62,992 nucleotides of DNA, from positions 1-62,992 of the forward strand of contig JBBQVO010000001.1 of assembly GCA_038211505.1 (NCBI GenBank), given 5' to 3'. A model generated the notes under the pieces. That model ran no database searches, was not told the DNA's origin, and was given only the letters and a program-made list of their open reading frames with translations. The DNA comes from Dehalococcoidia bacterium. Its GTDB lineage: Bacteria; Chloroflexota; Dehalococcoidia; DSTF01; JACRBR01. Numbering within the stretch: the first letter of the stretch is position 1; every line of letters starts with the position of its first letter. Shown here piece after piece: positions 42,562 to 52,312 of the stretch. The translations under genes were made by a program, and so were the position numbers.

Positions 42562-45429
42562 CTACACCGGCTCCGCGAAGTCGAAGACTGCTTCTTCGAT
42601 CGCGAGCGGGCCCTTGGCTACTTCTAGTTCGCCCCAGGATGTGCCGGTTTTGATGTCGATCTTCAGGGGGACGACGAGATCGAGGGACTTCGGCATGATG
42701 CGCAGGCACATGTCGCGGACGTCGTCGATCTCGGCGCGTGGGCCCTCGAAGATCAGCTCGTCGTGCACCTGCAGGATCATCCGCGACTGCAGTTTGCGGT
42801 CGGTGATCTCGTCGTCAATGCGATTCATCGCCACCTTGATGATGTCGCTGGCGGCGCCTTGTACCGGCATGTTGATCGCCATGCGCTCACCCGACGCCCG
42901 GATCTGGAAGTTCGGCGATTTGATCTCCGGGATGTAGCGGCGGCGGCCCATCAGCGTCTCCACGTAGCCGAGGGTGCGACAGCTCTCGATCGTGCTGTCG
43001 CGCCAGGCGCGCACACGTTCGTACTTCTCGAAGTAGCGGCGGATGAAGGTGCCGGCTTCCTCGCGTGAGATGCGCTCCTTGTTCGAGAGGCCGAACTCGC
43101 TGAGGCCGTAGAGGACGCCGAAGTTGAAGACTTTGGCGCGGCGGCGCTGATCCGACGTGACCTCATCGATCGGCACGACGAAGACGTTGGATGCCGTCGC
43201 CGCGTGGATGTCCTCGTCCGACATGAAGGCTTCGATCAGCGCCGGATCCTGGCTGAGATGCGCCATGATGCGCAGCTCAATCTGCGAGTAGTCGGCGGCG
43301 AGCAGCATCGGCTGCTTGCCGATGTCGCGCGCGATGAAGGCGCCGCGGATGCGGTTGCCGTAGCCCGTGCGCACGGGAATGTTCTGGAGATTCGGGTCGA
43401 TCGACGAGAGGCGGCCCGTCGCGGCGGTCGCCTGGTTGAAGGTCGTGTGGATGCGATGCGTCTTCTCGTTGATCAGCGCCGGCAGCGCATCGACGTACGT
43501 GCCCTTGAGCTTCGAGATGCCGCGGTAGCGCATGATCAGGTCGACGACCGGGTGCACGCCGCGCAGCTGATCCATCGATACGGCGTCGGTGGTGTACCCG
43601 AGCTTCGTGCGGCGCGTCTTCGGCAGGCCGAGCTCATCGAAGAGGATCTGCGAGAGCTGCTGCGGCGACCCGATGTTGAATTCGTGGCCAACTTCGGCGT
43701 AGATCTCGCGCTCGATCGTCTCGAGCTCGTCATGCATCTCGCGCGACATATCGACGAGCGGCGCCGGATCGACGGCGACGCCGGTGCGCTCCATCGCCGC
43801 GAGCACGCACATCAGAGGCATCTCGACGTCGTCGAACAGCGGCCAGAGGTTGCGCGCCTTGAGCTCGCCCGAGAGCACGTCGGCGGCGCGCAGCTGCGCA
43901 TCGACCTGGCGGCAGCAGTAGTCGCGGGCGATATCGGTGCTGAGGGCCGAGAAGACGAGTTGCTTCTTGCCGGCCTTGCCGATCAGATCGATGAGCAGCG
44001 GGATGCGCATCTTGAGGCGGTCGAAGGCGAGGTTCTGGATCGAGATATTGGACTCGCCGAGCAGGTACGCCGCGAGCAGCGTATCGAAGCGCATGCCGCG
44101 CAGTGTGATGCCGCCGTCGGGTTCAGTTCCTCCGGACCTGCGGCGGTTGGCCATCACGAGGAAGTCGAAGTGGCCGTTGTGCGTGACCTTGTGCAGCTTC
44201 TCGTCTTCGAGGATCGGCCGCAGCGCGTCGAGCACGACGTCCTCCGCAAGTTGCGGCGTCGCGCCCAGCTCGGGGGTGTGGCCGATCGGGATGTCGGCGG
44301 CGGCGCCGGGCGCGGTGGCGATCGCGATGCCGATCAGAATGCCGCGCATGCCGTTGGCGTCGCTGTTCTCGACGTGGAGGGCGATGCGGCCCGCCGCCTT
44401 CGCCTCTTTCACGAACGCGGCGAGATCTTTCTTCGACGTGATCGTGCGGTAGGTGCTTTCTTCCGTCGTCGGGCCGACGACCTCCATCGGCGCGGTGGTC
44501 GATTCGACGGTCTCCGTGCCGAGCGATTCCGGCAGGCGGTTGACGAGTGTGCGGAACTCGAGATCGTGGAAGAGCGTCTCGACGCGCGCGCGGTCGAAGC
44601 CCTGTAGCCGGCATGCTTCTAGATCGAGCGTCGCCGGCACGTTGCGCTCGATCGTGGCCATCTCTTTGCTGTGTCGCGCCTCGCCTTCGTGCGCACGCAG
44701 ATTCTCACGCAGCTTGTCCGGCGTCACTTCGTCGATGCGGTCGTAGATTGCCTCGACGGTGCCGAATTGTTGCAACAGCTTCGTCGCCGTCTTCTCGCCG
44801 ATACCGGGGACGCCGGGGATGTTGTCGGACTTATCGCCCTGCAGCCCCTTGAAGTCGGCGATCTGCTCCGGCGTCAAGCCGTAGCGCTCGACGACGGCGG
44901 CGACGTTGTAGTTCGTCGCCGGCGCGCCCTTCACATATGGGCGGTAGAGATATGCGTCGACCCCGGGCTCAACGAGCTGCAGCAGATCCGTGTCAAGCGT
45001 GACGATCGCGACTTCGACGCCCTGCGCCTTCGCCTGCTTCGCCAGCGTGCCGATGACGTCATCGGCCTCGAAGCCCGGTTGCTCGAACACGGGCATATTG
45101 AAGGCGTCGATCACTTCGCGGATGCGGATCACCTGGCGGCGCAGATCATCGGGCATCGGCGCGCGCGTCGCCTTGTACGTGGCGTCTTTCTCGTGCCGGA
45201 ACGTCTTCGCCGGAGCATCGAGCGCGATGGCGGCGAGCGACGGCTTCAGCTCATCGAGAATGTTCAGGAAGACGCTCGTGAAGCCGTAGACCGCCGTCAC
45301 GATCTCGCCTGTGCGGCGCACCGTGAACTCCACCGCGCCCTGATTTCGCGATCCCTGGAACGCGAAGAAGGAGCGATAGATTAGGCTATGGCCATCGATG
45401 AGGACGAGGCGCGGCATGTCGTCGGGCAC
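42562..45429 (-). CDS. polA: DNA polymerase I
   Basis: 955 aa with the 5' nuclease 'LIDGHSLIYRSFFA' and polymerase motifs 'DYSQIELRIMAHLS', 'RRRAKVFNFGVLYG' and 'QVHDELIFE'. Confidence 0.97.
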   Translation of the reverse strand: MPDDMPRLVLIDGHSLIYRSFFAFQGSRNQGAVEFTVRRTGEIVTAVYGFTSVFLNILDELKPSLAAIALDAPAKTFRHEKDATYKATRAPMPDDLRRQVIRIREVIDAFNMPVFEQPGFEADDVIGTLAKQAKAQGVEVAIVTLDTDLLQLVEPGVDAYLYRPYVKGAPATNYNVAAVVERYGLTPEQIADFKGLQGDKSDNIPGVPGIGEKTATKLLQQFGTVEAIYDRIDEVTPDKLRENLRAHEGEARHSKEMATIERNVPATLDLEACRLQGFDRARVETLFHDLEFRTLVNRLPESLGTETVESTTAPMEVVGPTTEESTYRTITSKKDLAAFVKEAKAAGRIALHVENSDANGMRGILIGIAIATAPGAAADIPIGHTPELGATPQLAEDVVLDALRPILEDEKLHKVTHNGHFDFLVMANRRRSGGTEPDGGITLRGMRFDTLLAAYLLGESNISIQNLAFDRLKMRIPLLIDLIGKAGKKQLVFSALSTDIARDYCCRQVDAQLRAADVLSGELKARNLWPLFDDVEMPLMCVLAAMERTGVAVDPAPLVDMSREMHDELETIEREIYAEVGHEFNIGSPQQLSQILFDELGLPKTRRTKLGYTTDAVSMDQLRGVHPVVDLIMRYRGISKLKGTYVDALPALINEKTHRIHTTFNQATAATGRLSSIDPNLQNIPVRTGYGNRIRGAFIARDIGKQPMLLAADYSQIELRIMAHLSQDPALIEAFMSDEDIHAATASNVFVVPIDEVTSDQRRRAKVFNFGVLYGLSEFGLSNKERISREEAGTFIRRYFEKYERVRAWRDSTIESCRTLGYVETLMGRRRYIPEIKSPNFQIRASGERMAINMPVQGAASDIIKVAMNRIDDEITDRKLQSRMILQVHDELIFEGPRAEIDDVRDMCLRIMPKSLDLVVPLKIDIKTGTSWGELEVAKGPLAIEEAVFDFAEPV

Positions 45430-45707
45430 GAAGTGATTATAACGGGGGATGCCGCTTGAGATTGGTCGCGGTCGACGACGCCGCGGGCTAGAACGTTACC
45501 TCGCGACCGTGCTAGAATCCGCCACCGGTGACGCATCCACGGTCGGCCGCAGCCGGTCTCCCGCGCCATCCGCCTGTCGGCTCTGCACCTCTGGGGGGTC
45601 GAGAATCTCGCGCACACTCGATCTCCTGGCAATGCCAAAGCGAGGATCGGCACAGAACTCTGAATAATCGAGAGAGACAGCAAGTTTCAGTTCAACGGGA
45701 GGAGACG

Positions 45708-46781
45708 ATGACGACGGCGATTATGGACACGCAGAAGGCGGAGGCGTTCGCGGGGCATATGGTCGGGATGCTGAACGGGGCGTTGACGACGCTGCTCGTC
45801 AGCGTCGGCCACCGGACGGAGTTGTTCGACAAGCTCGCGGGCATGGCGCCCGCGACCAGCGCCGAGATCGCAAAGGCGGCGGGCCTCAACGAGCGCTACG
45901 TGCGCGAGTGGCTCGGCGGCATGACGGCGGCGCGCATCATGGAGCACGACGCCGGGAAGGGCACGTACTGGTTGCCGGCGGAGCATGCGGCATCGATCAC
46001 GCGGGCGGCTGGCCCGGGTAACCTGGCGACGCTGGCGGAGTTCCTCTCGCTGTTCGGCAACGTCGAGGATCAGATTGTCGACGCCTTCCGCAACGGTGGC
46101 GGCGTGCCGTACTCGGCGTACCCGAAGTTTCAGGAGCTGATGTCGCACGAGAGCGGCCAGGTGTTCGACGCGACGCTGATCAACGTCACATTGCCGATGA
46201 TCGACGGTCTGATCGACGGACTGCGGTCCGGCATCGATGTCGCGGACGTCGGTTGCGGCGCGGGCCACGCGATCAACCTGATGGCGCGCGAGTTCGGCTC
46301 GAGCCGCTTCACGGGGCTCGACTTCTCGGACGAAGGGCTCGGGCGCGGTCGCGGGGAGGCGAAGGAATGGGGCCTGACGAACGCGAAGTTCGAGGCGAAG
46401 GACGTCTCGACGCTCGATGGCTCGACGAAGTACGACCTGATCACCGCCTTCGACTCGATCCACGACCAGGCGCGGCCGCGCGCGGTCCTCAAGGGCATCC
46501 ACGACTCGCTCAAGCCGGGCGGCGTCTTCCTGATGGTGGACATCGCCGCCGACAGCACGCACGCCGGCAACATGGATCACCCGCTGGGCGCCGGGTTCTA
46601 CGCCGTGTCGACGTTCCACTGCATGACGGTCTCGCTGGCGCTCGGTGGCGAAGGCCTCGGCACGATGTGGGGCATTCAGAAGGCGCAGGAATTGCTCGCG
46701 GAAGCCGGTTTCACGAGCGTCGACGTGCGGAACGTCGAGGACGACATGCAGAATGCGTACTACATCTGCCGAGCAGGATAA
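45708..46781 (+). CDS. Class I SAM-dependent methyltransferase with an N-terminal winged-helix-like domain
   Basis: Takes the ATG at 45708, preceded by GGGAGGAG. Motif I is 'VADVGCGAGHAINLMA' and the post-I region is 'GLDFS'. Confidence 0.75.
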   Translation: MTTAIMDTQKAEAFAGHMVGMLNGALTTLLVSVGHRTELFDKLAGMAPATSAEIAKAAGLNERYVREWLGGMTAARIMEHDAGKGTYWLPAEHAASITRAAGPGNLATLAEFLSLFGNVEDQIVDAFRNGGGVPYSAYPKFQELMSHESGQVFDATLINVTLPMIDGLIDGLRSGIDVADVGCGAGHAINLMAREFGSSRFTGLDFSDEGLGRGRGEAKEWGLTNAKFEAKDVSTLDGSTKYDLITAFDSIHDQARPRAVLKGIHDSLKPGGVFLMVDIAADSTHAGNMDHPLGAGFYAVSTFHCMTVSLALGGEGLGTMWGIQKAQELLAEAGFTSVDVRNVEDDMQNAYYICRAG

Positions 46782-46837
46782 TCGCGTGTGGATTCGGTCG
46801 CAGGAACGATGCAGTAGTTCGACGAAGGAGAACGACG

Positions 46838-47128
46838 ATGTTTGGGACAGTGGCGAAATGCAAGACCAAGCCAGGAAAGCGGGACGAAGTCATCAAGACG
46901 CTGATGAGCGACGACCGGCCGGTGAAGGGGATGCAGGCGGCGTACATCTATGAGACCGGCGCCGACGAAGTGTTCATGGTGGGTGTGTTCGCTGACGAGG
47001 CGACGTATCGCGCCAATGCGTCCGATCCGGAGCAGGACAAGGAGTACCGCAAGCTCCGCGACTTGCTCGTCGAGGATCCGGAGTGGCACGACGGCAACAT
47101 CGTCCCCTGGCCCGGGAACAAGAAGTAG
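46838..47128 (+). CDS. Small ABM (antibiotic biosynthesis monooxygenase)-like protein
   Basis: 96 aa with GAAGGAG upstream of the ATG. The ferredoxin-like pattern is '[22 protein letters not shown]...[16 protein letters not shown]'. Confidence 0.5.
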   Translation: MFGTVAKCKTKPGKRDEVIKTLMSDDRPVKGMQAAYIYETGADEVFMVGVFADEATYRANASDPEQDKEYRKLRDLLVEDPEWHDGNIVPWPGNKK

Positions 47129-47235
47129 CGGTTCCTTCTCACCCATACGCAGGGCATACTCAGACAGGACGGCCAATGCGGCCGTCCTGTCCGTCGCCTT
47201 GGCGATGCATTTGCGACATAACGAAGGAGCGCCAG

Positions 47236-48036
47236 ATGCCCGACTACGAGCACATTCTGTATGAGAATCGCGGCGCTGTGGCGCTGATCACGCTGAACCG
47301 GCCGGAACGGCTCAACGCATGGACGCAGCGGATGGAGAACGAGTTCATCGACGCGATCAACTTCGCGTCGGCTGACGCTGGCGTCGGGTGCATCGTGATT
47401 ACCGGCGCTGGACGCGGCTTCTGCGCCGGAGCTGATATCGGCGGTTGGGATCGCGGCCTCAAGGGCGAAGCGCCGGCACGTCCATCCAAGATGCTGCAGG
47501 AGGGCGGCAGCCCCGAAGTGCCGATCACGCTGCAGCGCGGCAAGCCGACGATCTGCGCGGTCAACGGACCAAGCGTCGGCGTCGGGCTGACGATGACGAT
47601 GGCCTGCGATATCCGCATCGCGTCGACCGCGGCGCGCTTCTCGGCGCGCTTCGTGCGCGTCGGGCTGACGCCGGAGTGCGGCAGCACACGCTACTTGCCG
47701 GCAGTCGTCGGCCTGCCGAACGCGCTCTTCATGACGCTCACAGGCCGCATCATCGACGCCGATGAGGCGCTGCGGCGTGGCGTCGTCGATCGACTCGTCG
47801 AGCCGGATCAGCTGATGCCGGAAGCGATGAAACTTGCCGAGGAGATCGCCGCGAACCCGCGTGAGGCGATCTGGGCGGCGAAGCGGATGCTGCATCTCAA
47901 CGCCGTCGAGCAGGATCTGCGGCGCGTCGTGACGATGGAGTGCTACTCAATCCGCGAGCGCCAGACCGAGCCGGATCACAAGGAAGCGGTGACGGCGTTC
48001 ATGGAGAAGCGGGAGCCGATCTTCAACCGAACGTAA
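47236..48036 (+). CDS. Enoyl-CoA hydratase/isomerase (crotonase) family protein
   Basis: '[15 protein letters not shown]', '[14 protein letters not shown]' and '[18 protein letters not shown]'. GAAGGAG lies before the ATG. Confidence 0.88.
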   Translation: MPDYEHILYENRGAVALITLNRPERLNAWTQRMENEFIDAINFASADAGVGCIVITGAGRGFCAGADIGGWDRGLKGEAPARPSKMLQEGGSPEVPITLQRGKPTICAVNGPSVGVGLTMTMACDIRIASTAARFSARFVRVGLTPECGSTRYLPAVVGLPNALFMTLTGRIIDADEALRRGVVDRLVEPDQLMPEAMKLAEEIAANPREAIWAAKRMLHLNAVEQDLRRVVTMECYSIRERQTEPDHKEAVTAFMEKREPIFNRT

Positions 48037-48112
48037 GGAAACCGCGGATTACACGGATTTCGCGGAAGAGTCCAGAAGGGAACCACAGATTTCACAGATT
48101 TTCACAGATGGG
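48037..48112 (-). repeat. Inverted copy of the 227..293 dispersed repeat
   Basis: The reverse complement reads 'ccatctgtgaaaatctgtgaaatctgtggttccc...ccgcgaaatccgtgtaatccgcggtttcc'. Confidence 0.7.
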
Positions 48113-48187
48113 ATGGCTCGGGCGATCGACTGTGATGATCCGGAGCGATCGGCAGAACGACGAGAATCTGTTGACGCGCTGTGAACT

Positions 48188-49057
48188 ATGAGCGCTGAAC
48201 TCCCGACCGTACCCTCGTACCAAGAGCTGTTGGCGACGTTTGCGGCGGAGTTGCACGTCGAGCCGCAGGGCGACGATCTCTTTCTTGGTGCGACGGATAC
48301 CGATCGCGAGTGGGGGCGCGTGTTCGGCGGGCTGGTGCTCGGGCAGGCGGCCCTCGCGGCCGGGCGGACGGCGCCGGATCCGACGTTGCATTCGCTGCAC
48401 GCCTACTTCTTGCGCGGCGGCGAGCCGGGCACGCCGATCGAGTACATGGTCGAGCGTGTGCGCGACGGTCGTTCGTTCACGTCGCGGCGCGTGCTGGCGC
48501 GACAGGGCGGTAAGCCGATCTGCGACGTGACCGTGAGCTTCGTGCATCCGGAGGACGGCATCTCGCACAACGATCCGATGCCGGACGTTCCCGATCCCGA
48601 GACCCTGCAAGACGCGCGCGAGCAGTACCCGTTACAGGACGGCACGTTGTGGCCGCTCGGCCCGGTCGAGTGGCGCGTGCTGCAGCCCTTCGATGAGATT
48701 GCGAAGCCCGGCGAACGCACAGAGGTCCGGGAGTGGTTCCGCTTCCGCGCGCCGCTGCCGGATGATCCGCAGTTGCACGCGGCAGCGTTGGCCTGGTGCA
48801 GTGACACGGGATCGTTCAGCGGCATCGAACGACGCTACGGCTGGGAGGGCGTCAGCCACAAGGCGTCGGCGAGCCTCGACCACGCGTTCTGGCTGCATCG
48901 TCCCGTGCGCCTCGACGGCTGGTTCTTGATGGTGACCGATACGCCGGTCGCCCACGCCTCGCGCGCGCTCACGATGCGCCGCTTCTACGCACGCGATGGC
49001 GCGCAGATCGCGACGATGGCGCAAGAGGCGGTGTTCCGCAAAGAGCGCCCGGCTTGA
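48188..49057 (+). CDS. tesB: Acyl-CoA thioesterase II
   Basis: 289 aa, double hot-dog fold. Motifs are 'FGGLVLGQAALAAGRT', 'HSLHAYFLRGG' and 'VERVRDGRSFTSRRV'. Confidence 0.88.
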   Translation: MSAELPTVPSYQELLATFAAELHVEPQGDDLFLGATDTDREWGRVFGGLVLGQAALAAGRTAPDPTLHSLHAYFLRGGEPGTPIEYMVERVRDGRSFTSRRVLARQGGKPICDVTVSFVHPEDGISHNDPMPDVPDPETLQDAREQYPLQDGTLWPLGPVEWRVLQPFDEIAKPGERTEVREWFRFRAPLPDDPQLHAAALAWCSDTGSFSGIERRYGWEGVSHKASASLDHAFWLHRPVRLDGWFLMVTDTPVAHASRALTMRRFYARDGAQIATMAQEAVFRKERPA

Positions 49058-49565
49058 CGACGCACGCCGCTCAACGAGGCGCACCAATCGCGACGCTGCA
49101 CATGATCTGCGGGTTGCCTTGTGCGGGCAAGACGACGCTTGCGAAGCAGATCGAGCCTGAGCGCTCTGCGGTGCGGTTGACGCCGGACGAATGGCTCGTT
49201 CGCCTGCTCCCGCCGGGTTACACGCCCGACGATCTCGACGCCGCTCGCGATCCGATCGAGAGCGTCTTGTGGGACCTCGCGGTACGCCTGCTGACGCTGG
49301 CGTCGACGTGATCATCGACTTCGGGTTCTGGATCCGCGAGGAGCGTGAAGGATTTCGTGAGCGGGCCGCGGCATTGGGTGCGCGCACCGAGCTGCATTTC
49401 TGCGACGCGCCGCTCGATGTGCTGCTGTCGCGGTTGGCTGTCCGCAACGTCGAGTTGCCGCCGGGGACGTTCTGGATCGATCCGCAGCGAGTGCCGGCGT
49501 GGTTCGAGATGTTCGAGCCGCCGGCGGCGGATGAGCTCCTGCCTCGGGAGCCGGGCGCGATGTAG
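49054..49565 (+). pseudogene. P-loop kinase (AAA_33/zeta-toxin-like ATP-binding protein) split by a 1-nt frameshift
   Basis: Walker A 'ICGLPCAGKTTLAK' is in ORF 49054..49311. The continuation 'GVDVIIDFGFWIREEREGFRERAAALGARTELHF' is in the +2 frame (ORF 49191..49565). The junction 'ctggcgtc' at ~49297..49304 would read through as 'ctgGgcgtc'. Confidence 0.6.
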
Positions 49566-49566
49566 A

Positions 49567-49584
49567 ACAGCCGTCCTCGGCTGT
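49567..49584. terminator. Hairpin 1 nt after the stop codon
   Basis: ACAGCCG-tcct-CGGCTGT. No U-tract. Confidence 0.3.
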
Positions 49585-49758
49585 CCGACGGCTCTCTTAG
49601 CGCCGTCACAATGATCGTCGCTCTGGCCGCACCGCCGAGGCGGCCGTGCCACGTGCGAAGGATCAGATGCCTGCCCGGGCGAGGCGTTTCGTTTCCTACG
49701 CGGACAGGTCTAAAGACCCGTCCATACAGGGCTCTGCGTGCCCCGACCTGTCGTCGCT

Positions 49759-50235
49759 CTACACGCTCAACGACCGCACCATCGCGATCTCGTTGCAGCC
49801 GGGGAATTTCGGGCAGCGGTAGCATTCGCCCCAGACTTTGCGCGGCAGCGTCATCACGTCAGCCTGCGCGAAGCCGAGCTTCTCGAAGAAGCCGGGGCGG
49901 TACGTGAGCGCGAACGCCGTCGCGAGGCCGATGTCGCGCGCTTCGTCGAGGCATGCGTTGACGATGCGTTGGCCGAGCCCGTGGCCCTGCATGTCTTCGC
50001 GCACGGCGAGCGATTTGATCTCGCCGAGATCGGCCCAGAGGAGGTGCAGGCCGCCGCAGGCGACCGTCTCGCCCGTTCCGTCGCGGACGACGTAGAAGTC
50101 GCGCAGGTTCTCATAGACCTCGGCCATCGTGCGCGGCAGCATCTCGCCTTTGCGCGCGAATGTGTTGACGAGATCGTGAATCGCCTGCGCGTCTGCGATC
50201 GATGCGCGAAGGAGGATTGTTGTTGTGACTGACAT
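49759..50235 (-). CDS. GNAT N-acetyltransferase (short ArgA-like amino-acid N-acetyltransferase)
   Basis: 158 aa from the ATG at 50235. Motifs are 'IKSLAVREDMQGHGLGQRIVNACL' and the C-terminal 'KVWGECYRCPKFPGCNEIAM'. Confidence 0.75.
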   Translation of the reverse strand: MSVTTTILLRASIADAQAIHDLVNTFARKGEMLPRTMAEVYENLRDFYVVRDGTGETVACGGLHLLWADLGEIKSLAVREDMQGHGLGQRIVNACLDEARDIGLATAFALTYRPGFFEKLGFAQADVMTLPRKVWGECYRCPKFPGCNEIAMVRSLSV

Positions 50236-50331
50236 TGTCTTCCTCGAGGGAACCACAGATTTCACGGAGTCTCACAGATTGGGAACGCTGTTGGGAACGT
50301 GCGCCATCCGTGGTTGCAATTCTTGAATGTG

Positions 50332-51213
50332 TTATTCGCTGAGCCAGTTGAGGCGCCGCCCGACGCGCACGAAGAAGTCGCCGGGCGGCCCAAGACGCAG
50401 AAAACGCGCCGAGTGCTCGCTCGTACGGACGCGCACGACATCGCCGCCCGAGAGATCGAGATCGGGCTGGCCATCGATGCTGAGGATCGCGCTCTGCCGC
50501 GCCGCAATCTCGATCTCGACGATCGATCCCTCCGGCAGCACGAGGCTGTTCGCCGGCGCCAGATGCGGCGCGACGGGCGTAACGATGATCTCGTGCGACT
50601 CCGGATGCAGGATCGGGCCGCCGACGCTGAGTGAGTACGCCGTGCTGCCCGTCGCCGTCGCGGCGATGACGCCGTCGGCGCGATAGCTGCCGATCAGCGT
50701 GCTGTCAGCGCGCACGGTGAACTGCACCGTGCGGCCGATCTGCGAGCGTCCGACGACGACGTCGTTGAGCGCGTGAAAGTGCTCGTTCATCTCGACGCCG
50801 GAGCGATACGTCTCCGTCTCGATCATCGCGCGCGTCTCGACGCGGCCGGCGCCCGCGACGATCTCATCGAGGCGCTCGAACAGTTGCGCGACGCTCACTT
50901 CAGTGAGAAAGCCGAGGCGGCCGAGGTTCACGCCCAGCAGCGTCACCGGGTGCGGCACGACGAAGCGGGCGGCGCGCAGCACAGTGCCATCGCCGCCGCA
51001 GCAGATCAGCAGCTCGGTGCCGTCGATATGCTCCGCCGGCGCGCCTTCATCCCAGGCCGACGCCACCCAGACATCCTTGACCGTGGACGCGAGTCGATGG
51101 CGCACCTGCTCGGCAACGGTGCGCGCCGCCTCCGATTTCGGATGGAATGTGACGCCGATCTTGTCCACGCAGGAACGATAGCACGGGGGTGGCGGTTTCC
51201 TCGACTTCGGCAC
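50332..51213 (-). CDS. nadK: NAD(+) kinase
   Basis: 'LLICCGGDGTVLRAARF', 'LGVNLGRLGFL', 'NDVVVGR' and 'ATGSTAYSLSVGGP'. The start is uncertain (GTG at 51213 or GTG at 51168). Confidence 0.9.
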   Translation of the reverse strand: MPKSRKPPPPCYRSCVDKIGVTFHPKSEAARTVAEQVRHRLASTVKDVWVASAWDEGAPAEHIDGTELLICCGGDGTVLRAARFVVPHPVTLLGVNLGRLGFLTEVSVAQLFERLDEIVAGAGRVETRAMIETETYRSGVEMNEHFHALNDVVVGRSQIGRTVQFTVRADSTLIGSYRADGVIAATATGSTAYSLSVGGPILHPESHEIIVTPVAPHLAPANSLVLPEGSIVEIEIAARQSAILSIDGQPDLDLSGGDVVRVRTSEHSARFLRLGPPGDFFVRVGRRLNWLSE

Positions 51214-51260
51214 GGTGCGACGAAGGATGCGTTACGGAGGCGTTCCTGGTTCGACGCGAT

Positions 51261-51309
51261 GTTGGAAGTTGGATGTTAGAGGCTGGATGTCCGGAGTTCG
51301 GGGTCTACC
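51261..51309. repeat. Heptanucleotide array (GTTGGAW)n
   Basis: gttggaa|gttggat|gttagag|gctggat|gtccgga|gttcggg|gtctacc. It is the reverse complement type of the 3264..3305 array. Confidence 0.7.
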
Positions 51310-51320
51310 TCCGCTATCTG

Positions 51321-52076
51321 CTATCCGTCTTTCCGGAGGTGGAGGAAGAACTCGCGGTTGCCGGCGGGCCCCAGGAGCGGAGAGGTCGTGACGTTGCGGA
51401 TGCGTAGGCCGTTGTTGACGCACCACCAGGCGACACGGCCGATGACCGTGGCATGCACCAGCGGATCGCGGACGACGCCGTTGCGGCCGACCTCGCTCCG
51501 ACCGGCTTCGAACTGCGGCTTGACGAGCGCGACGATGTCGGCGTTTGCGGCCGTGATCCGCAGCACGGCGGGCAGCAGCTTCGTCAGCGAGATGAAGGAC
51601 GCGTCGATGGTCGCGATCGACGGCTGCTCCGGCAGCGACTCGAGATCGCGCGCGTTCGTGCGCTCCATCACGACGACGCATGGATCGTCGCGCAGCCGCA
51701 GATCGAGCTGACCGTAGCCGACATCGATCGCATAGACGCGAGCGACGCCGCGCTGCAGCAGGCAGTCGGTGAAACCGCCCGTCGATGCGCCGATGTCGGC
51801 GGCAATGCGGCCGCGGACATCGATCGCGAATGCGTCCATCGCATGCTCGAGCTTGTCACCACCGCGGCTGACGAAGCGCGCCGGCTGGGCGATTGCGATC
51901 ACTGCGCCAGCCGCGACGAGCGCGCTCGCGCGCGTCTCCGCCTGGCCATCGACGGTGACATCGCCGGCGAGGATGAGCGCCCGCGCCTTCTCTCGCGACG
52001 GCGCAAGCTCGCGTTCGACGAGCGTGACGTCGAGGCGCTGCCGTTTGTTCGCAGGCGTTTGCTTGATGTCGATCAG
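51321..52076 (-). CDS. tlyA: TlyA family 16S/23S rRNA (cytidine-2'-O)-methyltransferase; start codon unresolved
   Basis: The methyltransferase core is 'FVSRGGDKLEHAM...DIGASTGGFTDCLLQRGVARVYAIDVGYGQL...LVKPQFE'. The in-frame upstream S4 domain 'KRQRLDVTLVERELAPSREKARALILAGDVTVDG' has no ATG, GTG or TTG. The only candidates are CTG at 52076 or ATC at 52073 and 52067. Confidence 0.8.
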   Translation of the reverse strand: MIDIKQTPANKRQRLDVTLVERELAPSREKARALILAGDVTVDGQAETRASALVAAGAVIAIAQPARFVSRGGDKLEHAMDAFAIDVRGRIAADIGASTGGFTDCLLQRGVARVYAIDVGYGQLDLRLRDDPCVVVMERTNARDLESLPEQPSIATIDASFISLTKLLPAVLRITAANADIVALVKPQFEAGRSEVGRNGVVRDPLVHATVIGRVAWWCVNNGLRIRNVTTSPLLGPAGNREFFLHLRKDG

Positions 52077-52312
52077 GAGTCGATGTGCAAGCCCGCGCGC
52101 TTGCTGGCGTGAAGGATGGTGACGCTCAGGAGGCGCTTCTCGCGATACCGCAACACGATATCGTCGTCGGTGAAGTCGGAGTCGTCTTCGACGGCTCGCT
52201 CGAACGTTACATACAGCACGTCCGCCTCTTCATCGAAATACGAATCGAAGCTCGAAGGTATCTCCAAAGGCGCTCCGACGATCTTTCGGATTTCTGCTAC
52301 GTCGACGGCCAT
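52073..52312 (-). CDS. DUF2283-like small protein (putative antitoxin)
   Basis: 79 aa from the ATG at 52312: 'SYFDEEADVLYVTFERAVEDDSDFTDDDIVLRYREKRLLSVTILHASKR'. Confidence 0.65.
   Translation of the reverse strand: MAVDVAEIRKIVGAPLEIPSSFDSYFDEEADVLYVTFERAVEDDSDFTDDDIVLRYREKRLLSVTILHASKRAGLHIDS

Noticed and set aside
45430-45707. Possible SAM-type riboswitch or promoter in the polA/methyltransferase divergent spacer ('gtgctagaat' resembles an extended -10)
   Set aside because: I could not match any riboswitch consensus that I know. The promoter call rests on one hexamer only, which is not enough to report as a feature.
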